A stretch of DNA of 64,000 bases. Origin: Candidatus Latescibacterota bacterium. GTDB taxonomy: Bacteria; Latescibacterota; UBA2968; UBA8231. The stretch is taken from assembly GCA_965203175.1 (NCBI GenBank), contig OZ241867.1:2912001-2976000 (forward strand), read 5' to 3'. The notes under the pieces were generated by a model. That model did not search any database and was not told where the DNA came from. It saw only the letters and a list, made by a program, of their open reading frames with translations. Positions within the stretch are counted from its first letter, which is position 1. The number at the start of each line of letters is the position of its first letter. Positions 46,213 through 56,900 of the stretch are shown one piece after another. The position numbers were made by a program, and so were the translations under genes.

Positions 46213-49200
46213 ATGACCAATCCCCACCTATACCATTTTATGAGATTCACATGCTGCTTTTGTGCGCTAGCCCTTTTTTGCGGAGGCGCGGCTATGGCGG
46301 AATTGCGCGTAAGCGAACAGACGCCACAGCGCCTGCGACTGGTCTGGGTTCCCGAGGGCCGAGAATTAGAACAGGGGCGTGGTGCCTTGATCGGCATCCC
46401 AATCGACGGTCAGGTTCGCTTGGAGTTGGTCGAAGCCCGCGTAGCGCGGACGGATCGCGCCGCTGAGGACGTCGCGCCCACACCTGGGCCGGCCTTCCTC
46501 GGCGAGAGCGGCTTTGCGCGCCGCCAGCGAGTTGTTCCGGTGGCGTTTGCCCCGCGCGTCGAAGCGGACGGGACGCGGACCTTATATGATCGCATCGTCG
46601 TTGACCTACACGTGACCGGCAGTGACGGCACCCGCGTTGCCGATCCTTGGGGCGAAGCATTCTACCGAGGGGTGCTCGCCAACCCCGAGCAAGCCAGAAA
46701 CTGGCGATTGCCACCTAAGCGGCGGCCGGCGCTCAAGGCCGCGTTGCAGGGAGGAACTTGGTTGCGGATCCTCGTCTCGGAAGAGGGGATGTACAGGATC
46801 TCGGGTGCCGACTTAGAGGCCGCCGGGGTGTCGCTCGGCGATGTCGATCCGGCGAGTTTGCGCCTGCACTACGGAGGCGGCAACGCCTTGCCCGTCAACG
46901 AGATAAGCCCGCCCCAAGCCATGCGAGAAGTGGGCTTGGTTGTAGAAGACGGAGGCGATGGCCGCTTGGATGCGGACGACTTCGTCTTGTTTTGGGCCGA
47001 GCCGGTCAGCCGCTGGGAATACGCGCCGGCTAGTCGCTCGTTTCAATATCGGCACAACCTCTACACGCGCGAGAACGCGTACTGGCTGGGTTTTGGCGGT
47101 GGGGTCGAGGGGCAGCGGGCCGAACAGAGGAGCGGTGCCTTAACCGCGGCCGACCCGCAGCAGCCCACGAGCTATCGGATGCGGGTTCACGAGGAAGCCG
47201 AGCAGTTCGTTCTCCACCAACTTTTTAGCATCAAGTCCGGCTATACTTGGTACTGGGAGGACTTTCGCGGCAATGCGCGCAATTTCCCGGTGCTAGTGCG
47301 GCAGGCCGTCTCCGAGCCGGTGGCTGTGCGCTTGGGTTTTATCGGGATACCTGAGACGCGGCCGCGTTTTTCAGTGCGCTGGAACGAAGCGACCATTGGA
47401 ACAGTGACTTTTACATTCCCAAAGCAACTGGGTGACCGGAGGTATGCTGCATCTGATACGCTGTGGGCGGCGCTAGGAGCGCAGGAGGGGCTGAACCACT
47501 TGGGGATCTTCCACTCTGGTAATCCGTGCCGCTTCGACTGGTACGAAGTAGAGTATAGCCGCGGCTTTGTCGCCGAGCGCGGCGAGTTGCTCTTCACCTA
47601 TCCGCTGACGGGCACCACGGAATTTCGCCTCGCTGGTTTTGCTGACGAACAGCCTCGCGTCTTCGAGGTCTCTGCAGGGTTGGCCGAGGTCGTGGACTTC
47701 GCGTACGACGCGCAAGATGGGACGGTAATTTTTCAGGATCAGCCCGGGGATGTGCCGCGTCAGTACGCAGTTGGCGGCCCAGCGACTTGGAAGCGACCCG
47801 TGCGGATCGAACTCGATTTGCCCGGCAATTTGACGACCGGGGCTTGGGGGGCCGATTGGGTGGCGATTTACCACCGCGATTTTCGCGCCGCGGCCGAGCG
47901 CTTGGCGCAATGGCGGGCTGCAGACGACCGCTTCGGTCGGCCCCTGCGGACGGCGGCCATCGACATACAAGACATCTACGACGAGTTTTCCGGCGGGATC
48001 TTGGACCCAACGGCGATCCGCAATTTTCTCGCCTATGCGGCCGAACACTGGGATCCCGTGCCCATGTTCGTGACCTTGATCGGCGACGGCTCGTACGACT
48101 ACAAAAATAATTCGTCCATCAGTCAGGGTAATTGGATCCCAGCTTTCCAAGACGGCGACAGCACGTACGACGAGTGGTACACGCGTGTGGTAGGGGGCGA
48201 TTTGTTTCCCGACATGGCCATTGGTCGGCTGACCGTGCAGACCGCAGCCGAAGCCGATGTAGTCGTCGACAAAATAATTGACTACGACCGCGCACCCGAA
48301 GTGGGGCCTTGGCAGAGCCGAATAGCACTGGTCTCGGACGATTTGCTCAATCGAGACCATCCAGACAAGGTCGAGTCGATGTTTATCCGCGACAGCGAGC
48401 GCATGGCCGAGCACATCCTGCCCAAGGACTTGGACTTGATCAAGCTTTATACCGGACAATTCCCCCTAGAGGGGCAGGAGAAACCGCGGGCACGGGAAGA
48501 GTTCATTCGGCTATTTAACAAAGGCTCGCTAAATTTGATCTATTTGGGGCATGGCACGTACAACCGCTTGTCCCATGAATGGATGTTCTTCCTTTCCCGC
48601 GATTTGGACAAGCTCAAAAACGGCGGTCGCTTGCCCTTGTTTTTCACGGCTGCAAGTCAGGTTGGAGTGTTCGACGATCCCGTGCGTATCTCCACGCCCG
48701 AGGCGCTGCTGCTGAAGGAAGATGGGGGCGTGATCGGCATGATTTGCGCGACCCGGATAGGATATCACCCCACCAATGTCCAGTTGGTCAACCAGTTCTA
48801 CTGGCAGATGTACCGCACCCAACGGGAGCACGTGCCGATTGGGTTGGCCCTCACCGAAGCCAAGCAATTGCTGTTGCCGCGGTATGACTCCAGAGGTGCC
48901 ACAACATTTCGCAACATTCAGCGCTACTCGCTCTTCGGCGATCCGGCGACGCGCTTGGCTGTGCCGCGCTTTCAGGTGCAGATCGATGTGGCCGATTCGC
49001 TCAGTGCCCTCGGCGAAGTGCCCATCGCCGGCCAAGTCCTTGACTCAGCCGGTGAACCAGCCACCGCCTACGAAGGCCAAGTGTGGTTGCAGGCATTTGA
49101 TTCGAGTGCGCAGAGTGACTTAGAGGGTTTTGCCTATGAGCAGACTGGCGCTCCGATTTTTCGCGGCCGCTTTCCAGTAGCCGAAGGCCGCTTCCGCGCT

Positions 49201-49962
49201 GCGTTTCGGGTTCCCAAAGATATTACCTACGGAGGAGAGAACGGCCGCATCAGCGCCTACGCTTGGAGCGATGACAGCCCGGCGGCCTTTGGCTCGGTGA
49301 GCAGTATAGTGCTGGCGGGCACGGCCCAAGGCGTGGAAGCAGACGTGGAAGGGCCGGAAATTTCCCTGCGCTTCGAGGGGGCCAAAGGCACCACGATTCC
49401 GCGGCAGACGGTGTTGTTGGCCTCGATTGCGGATCCCAGCGGCATCAACATCACTGGAGAGACCGGACACGAAATCGAGTTGGCTATCGACGGCGAACTG
49501 TTTACCTTGACGGAGCTTTACAGCGTGCAGGGCGGGGACTATCGGCAGGGGGTCATTGAATTTCCTCTGCCCGAATTGGAAACCGGCAAACGCGAAATCC
49601 GCCTGAAGGCTTGGGACAACTTCAACAATTCGTCGCGCACGACGATGACAGTGAATGTCGCGGATGACGGCGAAGGAACTGCGAGTCTTACCAACGTCCT
49701 GTTTTACCCGAATCCCATGCGCGAGAGCGGCTATTTCACGTATAATCTAGAAGACGACATGCGCGCTGTGCAGATAGAGGTCTTTTCGCTGGCCGGTCGG
49801 CTGATAGAACAGTTGGACGGACAGACGCGCGCTGGATACAACCAAGTACCTTGGACACCACCGGCGGGCTTGGCCAATGGTGCGTATATTTACCGAATAG
49901 AGGCCGAACGGGAAAGCGGTGCTGCGGTTGCGCACCGTGCCGTCTTGCAGGTCGCCAAGTGA
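46213..49962 (+). CDS. porU: Type IX secretion sortase PorU-like protein (peptidase C25/gingipain fold plus CTD)
   Basis: IYDEFSGG, GDGSYDYK, IGRL, YLGHG, LFGDPA, LKAWDNFNN, FYPNP CTD; directly upstream of porV. Confidence 0.85.
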   Translation: MTNPHLYHFMRFTCCFCALALFCGGAAMAELRVSEQTPQRLRLVWVPEGRELEQGRGALIGIPIDGQVRLELVEARVARTDRAAEDVAPTPGPAFLGESGFARRQRVVPVAFAPRVEADGTRTLYDRIVVDLHVTGSDGTRVADPWGEAFYRGVLANPEQARNWRLPPKRRPALKAALQGGTWLRILVSEEGMYRISGADLEAAGVSLGDVDPASLRLHYGGGNALPVNEISPPQAMREVGLVVEDGGDGRLDADDFVLFWAEPVSRWEYAPASRSFQYRHNLYTRENAYWLGFGGGVEGQRAEQRSGALTAADPQQPTSYRMRVHEEAEQFVLHQLFSIKSGYTWYWEDFRGNARNFPVLVRQAVSEPVAVRLGFIGIPETRPRFSVRWNEATIGTVTFTFPKQLGDRRYAASDTLWAALGAQEGLNHLGIFHSGNPCRFDWYEVEYSRGFVAERGELLFTYPLTGTTEFRLAGFADEQPRVFEVSAGLAEVVDFAYDAQDGTVIFQDQPGDVPRQYAVGGPATWKRPVRIELDLPGNLTTGAWGADWVAIYHRDFRAAAERLAQWRAADDRFGRPLRTAAIDIQDIYDEFSGGILDPTAIRNFLAYAAEHWDPVPMFVTLIGDGSYDYKNNSSISQGNWIPAFQDGDSTYDEWYTRVVGGDLFPDMAIGRLTVQTAAEADVVVDKIIDYDRAPEVGPWQSRIALVSDDLLNRDHPDKVESMFIRDSERMAEHILPKDLDLIKLYTGQFPLEGQEKPRAREEFIRLFNKGSLNLIYLGHGTYNRLSHEWMFFLSRDLDKLKNGGRLPLFFTAASQVGVFDDPVRISTPEALLLKEDGGVIGMICATRIGYHPTNVQLVNQFYWQMYRTQREHVPIGLALTEAKQLLLPRYDSRGATTFRNIQRYSLFGDPATRLAVPRFQVQIDVADSLSALGEVPIAGQVLDSAGEPATAYEGQVWLQAFDSSAQSDLEGFAYEQTGAPIFRGRFPVAEGRFRAAFRVPKDITYGGENGRISAYAWSDDSPAAFGSVSSIVLAGTAQGVEADVEGPEISLRFEGAKGTTIPRQTVLLASIADPSGINITGETGHEIELAIDGELFTLTELYSVQGGDYRQGVIEFPLPELETGKREIRLKAWDNFNNSSRTTMTVNVADDGEGTASLTNVLFYPNPMRESGYFTYNLEDDMRAVQIEVFSLAGRLIEQLDGQTRAGYNQVPWTPPAGLANGAYIYRIEAERESGAAVAHRAVLQVAK

Positions 49963-50067
49963 GGCATTGTGAGAGGAGTGCTTTTGCATCAGTGAGATCG
50001 TCTTAGTACGCAGGAGGCATCATTTTTATATTTTATCCCGAGCTGAGGAGGACTCCGCTATGAGGAA
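49941..50067 (+). repeat. Direct repeat copy 1 (porU 3' end, intergenic region, RBS and start)
   Basis: CGTCTTGCAGGTCGCCAAGTGAG...GAGCTGAGGAGGACTC...ATGAGGAA; similar to 53863-53978. Confidence 0.85.
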
Positions 50068-51109
50068 TCTGACGACCTTACTGATGGTCTGTCTTTGCAT
50101 GGGTGTGTGGCCCACTAGGGTGCAGGCCACGCCCGAGAGCCGCGCAGGCGTGCTTTTTCTGTTGATCGAGCCAGGGGCCCGCGCCGTTGCCATGGGCGAA
50201 TCGTACGTGGCAGTGGCCGACGACGCCACGGCCGGCTACTTCAATCCGGCTTCCTTAGTCGGGCAGAGCAGAAAAAAGATGCACTTTACCCACAGCAAAT
50301 GGCTGCCTGGGCTGGCCGACGATTTGTCCTACGAGTTTTTGGCCTATTCTATGCCGATAGAAGGTGGAGGCATTGGCTTCAACGTCGCGTTAATGAACCT
50401 GGGCGAGCAGACTCGCACGGGAGAGCGCGGCGAAGTCCTAGGCACCTTCCGCAGTCATGAAGTGGCAGTGTCTGCAGCTTATGGGGCACAGATCGGTAAC
50501 AAAACGACCGCTGGCATCAGTTTGAAGTTCATCCGCAGCAGTTTGGCTCCTGTGGGAGCTGGCAGAGAGCGCGGCGAGGGCATAGGCAATAGCTTTGCCG
50601 CAGATTTGGGATTTTTGTGGAGGGCTACGCCTGATCTCAATATGGGCATAGCTTTGCGCAATTTGGGTCCCAAGATCGCGTATATCGACGCCAGCCAGGC
50701 CGATCCGCTGCCCCAGCACATCGTCGTTGGGGTGGCTTATGAGGTGATGGATACCCAGTACAACGACCTACTATTGTCCTGTGATCTATACAAGCCCTTG
50801 ATCGCCGATGGATCGTTTGTGAGCAACTTGGCCACGTCTTGGGCCGACGAGAGCTTGAGCAATGAATTTAAGGAGATGGATCTGCGCGTGGGCGGCGAGT
50901 ACCAGTACGGGCTTTCCGCGCGCGAGGACGAGGCCTTCATTGCATTGCGCTCCGGTATTTCGCTGGACAGAGATGGCGAACTAAATGTCCAGACCTTCGG
51001 CCTTGGGCTAAAGTACAACCGCATCCAGATCGACGTGGCTTATGTCATCGGCAATGATCAATCGCCGATGGATGACAATGTGCGGTATTCGATGAATCTC
51101 CTTTTTTAG
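50060..51109 (+). CDS. porV: PorV/PorQ-family outer-membrane beta-barrel
   Basis: FLLIEPGARAVAMGE, YFNPA, HSKWLP, NLGPKI...DPLP; C-terminal Phe. Confidence 0.85.
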   Translation: MRNLTTLLMVCLCMGVWPTRVQATPESRAGVLFLLIEPGARAVAMGESYVAVADDATAGYFNPASLVGQSRKKMHFTHSKWLPGLADDLSYEFLAYSMPIEGGGIGFNVALMNLGEQTRTGERGEVLGTFRSHEVAVSAAYGAQIGNKTTAGISLKFIRSSLAPVGAGRERGEGIGNSFAADLGFLWRATPDLNMGIALRNLGPKIAYIDASQADPLPQHIVVGVAYEVMDTQYNDLLLSCDLYKPLIADGSFVSNLATSWADESLSNEFKEMDLRVGGEYQYGLSAREDEAFIALRSGISLDRDGELNVQTFGLGLKYNRIQIDVAYVIGNDQSPMDDNVRYSMNLLF

Positions 51110-51127
51110 AGGATTTTCCCCATCCCT

Positions 51128-53854
51128 TTGTTCCTCTTAGGCGTCTGCTTCACGCTGTTGTTGTCGGCGACCACTGCGGCTGCGGCCGAGTGGCGAGTCT
51201 TGGCCTTGCGAGTCGATTTTCCGCGCGAGAATCCCGACGAGTTGACGACGACCGGCGTCGGGGCCTTTGATTTGCGCTCTGCGTCGGCGGCTGAAGATTA
51301 CGTGCTTCCCTACGACCTGCCGCCGCACGACCGCGCTTATTTCGAGCGGCATTTGACCGCGCTGGCGCGCTATTACGAGGTCGTTTCCACAGGTCGGGTG
51401 GCGATCTCCGGCGAGGTGTTCCCCCGCGCCGCACGGCAGGCGTACGCGCTTCCCCAATCCATGCTCCACTATGGCAATGGACGCACAACTGAGGAGATCG
51501 GCGCGAAGTGGATCGAACTGGTGCGCGATGCCCTTGACGCCGCCCAGGCCGATCCCGACGGCCCGCGCTTGGACGAATTCAACAGCTTCCTCGTGTTCCA
51601 CGCCGGGGTCGGCCATGAGACCGGCGAACTGAACGACATCCGCTCGGTCTTCCTCGACGAGAGCGATTTTGCGCGCTTTAACGGCGGGCCGCTGACTGTG
51701 GGCGACGCGGAGATCGATCAGGCGTGGATCCTGCCGGAGTCGCCCAGCCTCAATGGCCGGGCCGGTCTCAATGGTTTGCTGGCTAAGTTCTTTGGCCACC
51801 ACTTAGGCCTACCTGGGTTGTCCAATTTCGCCGATGGCCTGCCGGCCCTAGGAGGCTGGAGCCTAATGGACGTGGGGGCCAGCGCTTTGGGCTATGTGCG
51901 GACCGACAGCCTCGCGTGGGTACGCGGCTTTGCGCCGCCGCATCCCATGGCTTGGAGCAAGATGCAGCTAGGGTGGGTCGAGCCAGTGGTGGTGCGGCGC
52001 GATACCGTACTATCGCTGCTGGCGACTGATCGCAGCGGCGATCTCCCCAAGGCAGTGCGCATACCCATTGACGCGCGCGAATACTTCTTGCTGGAGAACA
52101 GGCAGCAGCGCGGTCAGCGCGGCGTTGTGGAGGACGAAGACGAGGATAAGGTGTGGATTGACCCCGATCAGGTCACCATAGAAGAGGGCGTGTGGGTAGC
52201 GATGGAGGAATACGACGCCTTTGTCCCGGGATCGGGGGTGCTGATATGGCACGTGGATGAGGGCGTAATGGCGCGCGCTGAGGATCCCAATGCCGCGAAC
52301 AATCAGCTCCACTGGAAGGGAATTGCCTTGGAAGAGGCCGACGGGTACCGCGACATTGGCGATCCGCGCCGTTCGTGGGAGTTGCAAGTCGATGGATGGC
52401 CAGACGACCCGTTCTTCGTCGGCGGACAAACGCTATTCGGCTCGGCGACTCAACCTGACTCACGCAGCAACCGGGAGTGGGAGACCGGTATTGAGATCGA
52501 AGTACTTTCCGCACCCGGCGATACCATGCAGGTGGCCATACGCTTTGGGCGCGCCCGGCCGGGCTGGCCGCGGGATTTGCCGGGTGACGGTCGGCTGCAA
52601 GCTGCGGATTTGGACGGCGACGGAATAGAAGAGTTGCTCTTTGAGGCTAGGAGTGGGGTCGGCTATGCGACCGCAGACGCTGTGGCGTCGTGGCGAGTAC
52701 AGGATGCGCGACTGCTGGCGGCTGGGGACGGCGACGATGATGGCCAGCCCGCGGTTTTTTTGCGGCGCGACGCAGAGATCAGCGCGTGGGATGCCGGAGC
52801 TGATCAACCGCTGTGGCGGCTCGCGCTAGACGAGGTCCCGTTGGACGCGCGTTTCAGCGCGGGTGCGGAGGCCGAGCTGTTACTCGTCGGAGCGGAACAG
52901 ACCTATGTGGTAGATGCCATAAGCGGCGAGTTAAAGGAGCAAAGGCCGCCGATAATGTCTTCGGCTGTGGGCGATTTGGACGGTGACGGCCAAGTCGAGT
53001 GGGTCTTCGCCATGGCCGACGGACAGGTCGAGATCGGCTCGCAGGCCGTTGAGTTGGGCGATTCGCTCGCTGCGCCTCCGGTCCTAGGCGATTTGGACGG
53101 CGATGGCTTGTTGGAAGTGGTTTTGCTCGCGCGCGGTGGAACGATACACGCCCTGCGAGCCGACGGATTGCGCCAAGCCGACTTTCCCGCTGCCCTGCCG
53201 AGCTTTGCCGCGGTCGGCGATCTCGTCTTCGAGCCGGTGCTTTGCGACGTGGATGCCGACGGCAAGCAGGAGATATTTGTCGCTGGCCACAGCGGAATTT
53301 TCGGTGTGGATGATGATGGGAGATTGTTGCCGGGCTTCCCCCTGCTGATGGCCGCTCCCCCAACGGGGTCGCCGGTGGTATTGGACTTAGACGGCGATGG
53401 CCGCTTGGCTTTAGCCGCCTTGGATGGCGCGGCCGTATATGCGTGGGATCTGCAGAGGGTGGCGGCGCAGTACGCTGGAGGGCCAGCCCATTGGCCGCAG
53501 GCGGGTGCCGATGCGGCTGGGTCGCGGACTGCGCTGGTGGCCGGTCGCCCCGTTGTAAAGCCCGAGGCGGCCTTGCTAGGCCGAGTCTATTGCTACCCCA
53601 ATCCAGTCGGCCCCGGTGAAGCGGCACATTTGCGCTTTGCGCTAAGCGCGGCCGGGCGCATCGAATTGGAGGTGTTCGATGCGTTGGGTGGTCGCGTTGA
53701 GCAACACCGCAGCAATGGTTTGGAAGCCGGTGAGCGCGAAATCACTTGGTCTGTGAAAGACTATGCCAGTGGCCTGTATCTATGCCGATTAATCGCGCAC
53801 GGCGACGACGGACGGCGGGGAGAAACTGTGGTCAAAATGGCGGTGAGTCAGTGA
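51128..53854 (+). CDS. M6 (immune inhibitor A)-like domain with a degenerate Zn motif, FG-GAP repeats and a T9SS-type CTD
   Basis: RVDF, FHAG, GHHLGLP, WSLMD, WSKMQLGW, EYFLLENR, GVLIWHVD; DLDGDG; YCYPNP...ASGLY. Confidence 0.78.
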   Translation: MFLLGVCFTLLLSATTAAAAEWRVLALRVDFPRENPDELTTTGVGAFDLRSASAAEDYVLPYDLPPHDRAYFERHLTALARYYEVVSTGRVAISGEVFPRAARQAYALPQSMLHYGNGRTTEEIGAKWIELVRDALDAAQADPDGPRLDEFNSFLVFHAGVGHETGELNDIRSVFLDESDFARFNGGPLTVGDAEIDQAWILPESPSLNGRAGLNGLLAKFFGHHLGLPGLSNFADGLPALGGWSLMDVGASALGYVRTDSLAWVRGFAPPHPMAWSKMQLGWVEPVVVRRDTVLSLLATDRSGDLPKAVRIPIDAREYFLLENRQQRGQRGVVEDEDEDKVWIDPDQVTIEEGVWVAMEEYDAFVPGSGVLIWHVDEGVMARAEDPNAANNQLHWKGIALEEADGYRDIGDPRRSWELQVDGWPDDPFFVGGQTLFGSATQPDSRSNREWETGIEIEVLSAPGDTMQVAIRFGRARPGWPRDLPGDGRLQAADLDGDGIEELLFEARSGVGYATADAVASWRVQDARLLAAGDGDDDGQPAVFLRRDAEISAWDAGADQPLWRLALDEVPLDARFSAGAEAELLLVGAEQTYVVDAISGELKEQRPPIMSSAVGDLDGDGQVEWVFAMADGQVEIGSQAVELGDSLAAPPVLGDLDGDGLLEVVLLARGGTIHALRADGLRQADFPAALPSFAAVGDLVFEPVLCDVDADGKQEIFVAGHSGIFGVDDDGRLLPGFPLLMAAPPTGSPVVLDLDGDGRLALAALDGAAVYAWDLQRVAAQYAGGPAHWPQAGADAAGSRTALVAGRPVVKPEAALLGRVYCYPNPVGPGEAAHLRFALSAAGRIELEVFDALGGRVEQHRSNGLEAGEREITWSVKDYASGLYLCRLIAHGDDGRRGETVVKMAVSQ

Positions 53855-53862
53855 GGGGTTGG

Positions 53863-53978
53863 CGTCTTGCAGGTCGCCAAGTGAGCATTGCGAGAGGAGT
53901 GCCTTTGCAGCAGTGAGATCGCCTTAGTACTGGAGGCATCATTGTATTGTGAGCTGAGGAGGACTCTTCGATGAGGAA
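53863..53978 (+). repeat. Direct repeat copy 2
   Basis: Near-copy of 49941-50067 with small indels. Confidence 0.85.
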
Positions 53979-56900
53979 ACAGGCGACCTTGCTGATGGCC
54001 GGTCGTTGCGCGTTTTGTCTGTTGCTCGGCTGGGCGAGCGCATCCCGCGCCCAAAATCACCCGGAACTGGCGTGGCAGGTGGTGGAGACCGAGCACTTTC
54101 GCATTTTTTACCACGAAGGACTGGAAGGGGCGGCGGCGCGGGCAGCGCGCATTGCCGAAGCTGCGTACGCGCCCCTTACCGAGCTGTATGGATACGCGCC
54201 CGACGGCCGCGTGCGGATCGTGCTCAAAGACCACGACGATTACGCCAATGGCGCGGCTTTTTTCTATCAAGACACCATTGAAATTTGGGCCACGTCGCTC
54301 GACCACGACTTTGACTTGCGCGGCAGTTCGGACTGGCTGCGCAACGTAATTACTCACGAGTTTGCCCATATCATTTCGCTAGGTGTTGCGCGCAAGGGCG
54401 TGCAGCGCGTCCCTGCGCTCTACTTGCAGTACTTTGGCTATCAGCGGGAGAAAAACCGGCCGGACATTCTCATTGGCTACCCGGATGTCATCGCTTCCTA
54501 TCCGGTGATGGGCACGGTGATGCCCATGTGGCTGGCCGAAGGCGCGGCCCAGTACGGGACTGCGACTACGGCTCACGACCGGTGGGATGCCAATCGCGAC
54601 ATGGTGCTCCGCTCCTTGGTGCTTGCAGACGAACAGCTATCCTTCGAGCAAATGGGCGTCTTTGGCAAGCAGGGCTTTGGCAACGAATACGTGTACGACC
54701 ACGGTTTTGCCTTGGTGCGCTATATTGCCGAGACGTACGGCGAAGAAAAAATCGTCGAACTGTACCGGGCCGCATCGCAATGGCATGCGCTCGCCATTGA
54801 CGGGGCGTGCAAAAAGATCCTGGGCAAGAACGCGGATAAGCTGTACGGCGAGTGGATCGAATCTTTGCGGCAGGGCTATCGGGCGCAGGTAGCGGCGTTG
54901 GGGCCGCTGCGCGAGGGCGAGCGGGTCGTGGATGTCGGCTTTTCCAATCTGCGGCCACGGCTGGCGCCCAATGGCGAAAAATTGGCGTATCTATCGACGC
55001 GCAAACGGCACCACGGTCCGCACGGCTTGATCGTGCGCGACCTCGCTACGGGCGAGGAAGAAGTCGCAGCCTTTCCGGCGGCGGCTTCGACTGTGGACTG
55101 GTCGCCGGACGGGCGCAAGCTGCTCTTTTCGCGCATCGACCGGGCGGACAAATACGGTTCGCGGCAGGCGGATATCTACGAGTGGAACTCCGCTGCGGCC
55201 GGCCCTAGTTTTTGGCGCAATATGCTGTGGTTCGTGCCGGCCATGGTCAGTGGCACGGCACCGGAGACGCCGCGCGTCAAGCGGCTGACGCGAGGGCTGC
55301 GCGCGCTGTACCCGACCTATTCGCCCGATGGCGAGTGGATCGTCTTCGTGCAAAACAAGGGCACCAGCAACAACTTGGCGATGATCCGGGCCGACGGCAC
55401 GGGCCTGCGCTATCTAACCCATTTCGCGGATGGCACCCAGCTCTACACGCCGCGCTTTTCGCCCGACGGACGCAAGCTGGCGTTTGCGATCTCGCGCGAG
55501 GGACAGCGCGACCTCGCCGTGGTGGAATTGGACGCGGACGTCGCTGGTGCAACACCTCTACTCGCTGAAGGGGCATTTGACCTCGCCATTGCCACGCCGG
55601 GTACGGATCGCGATCCAGCGTGGAGCGCGGACGGTACAGAACTCTTCTTTGCGTCGGATTTCAGCGGCATTTTCAATATCTATGCTCTAAACTTGGAAAC
55701 GCGCGCGCTGCGGCAACTAACCAACACCATCGGCGGCGCGTTTAACCCATCGGTCGGCCCAGAGGGCGAGGTCGTCTTTACGGCGTATGCGGCGTCTGGC
55801 TTTGAGATTCGCCGGTTGCACGACGAGGGGACGCCGGTTGCGGCTGAGGAAGCGTGGTTTTCTCAAGATGTGCCGCCAGACTGGCGCGGTACGCCAGTGC
55901 CCGCATTGCCGAGTGCGCCCCAGGCATATGGCATCGACTTCCTTAAAACCGGGATCCTGCCGAGGCTGTTTATGGACGAGGGGCATTTCAAGGCGGGTGC
56001 GTACCTCACTTCTGGCGACGTGCTCAATCGCCAGAGCGTATTAGCCGGGGGTGCCATTGCGCCGGATAACGCAGACCGCGATCTGTTCGCTATATACGAG
56101 TTCAAGGGCTTTCGCCCCACTTTCTTTTTAGAGGTATTCAACCAGCGTCGGCGCTCAGCCCGCGGCGATAGCTCGGAAGCGCGGGCGGGCATTGTCAATG
56201 CCGTCAACTTCAGCTTGAGTCAGCTCAATGTGGGGGTGCGCGGCAAATTGGGTCGCCACGGGGAGCTGACGGCCTCGGCTACGTATGACCGCTACGATGC
56301 CAGCGTCCAATGGGATGCTTTTGTCCCGCGCCGCGATGGCGGCCTCGGTTTTGAGCGCCAGCGACAAAAGCCCTTTGGCTATACCTATCTCAATGGTTTT
56401 GGGCTGGGGTTGACCTATCGGATGGAGCTGATTTCGCGGCGGCGGGACCGCGATATAAATCCTTTGGGCCGCCAGCTCTACGCGCGCTACGACCGGATGT
56501 TTAACTATTTCATCGACGGCTTTAACGAGCAGTCGTCCTTTATCGACGAGAATTACATCAAGCTGTTTTACAATCAGTTTACCGTCGATTGGAAAGAGTA
56601 CATTAGCATGCCCGGCAATACTCGCTTGGGCCTGCGGCTATACGGCGGCTGGATCGACAGCGAGGCGGTCGCCGACACGACGCGGGTACGCGGTTTCTTC
56701 GACTACCGCCTCGGCGGCCTCAATTTCATGAAGGGCTATACTTTTTACAGTATCGAGGGGCGCAAGGCCCTGATGGGCACGGCGATGCTGCGCTTCCCCC
56801 TGCTGCCGGATATGAGCCAGCGCGTTGCGCAGTTGTATTTCGACAAAGTCTATGGCGCAGTGTACACTAGCATGGGCAAGGCTTGGGACCGGAACATCGG

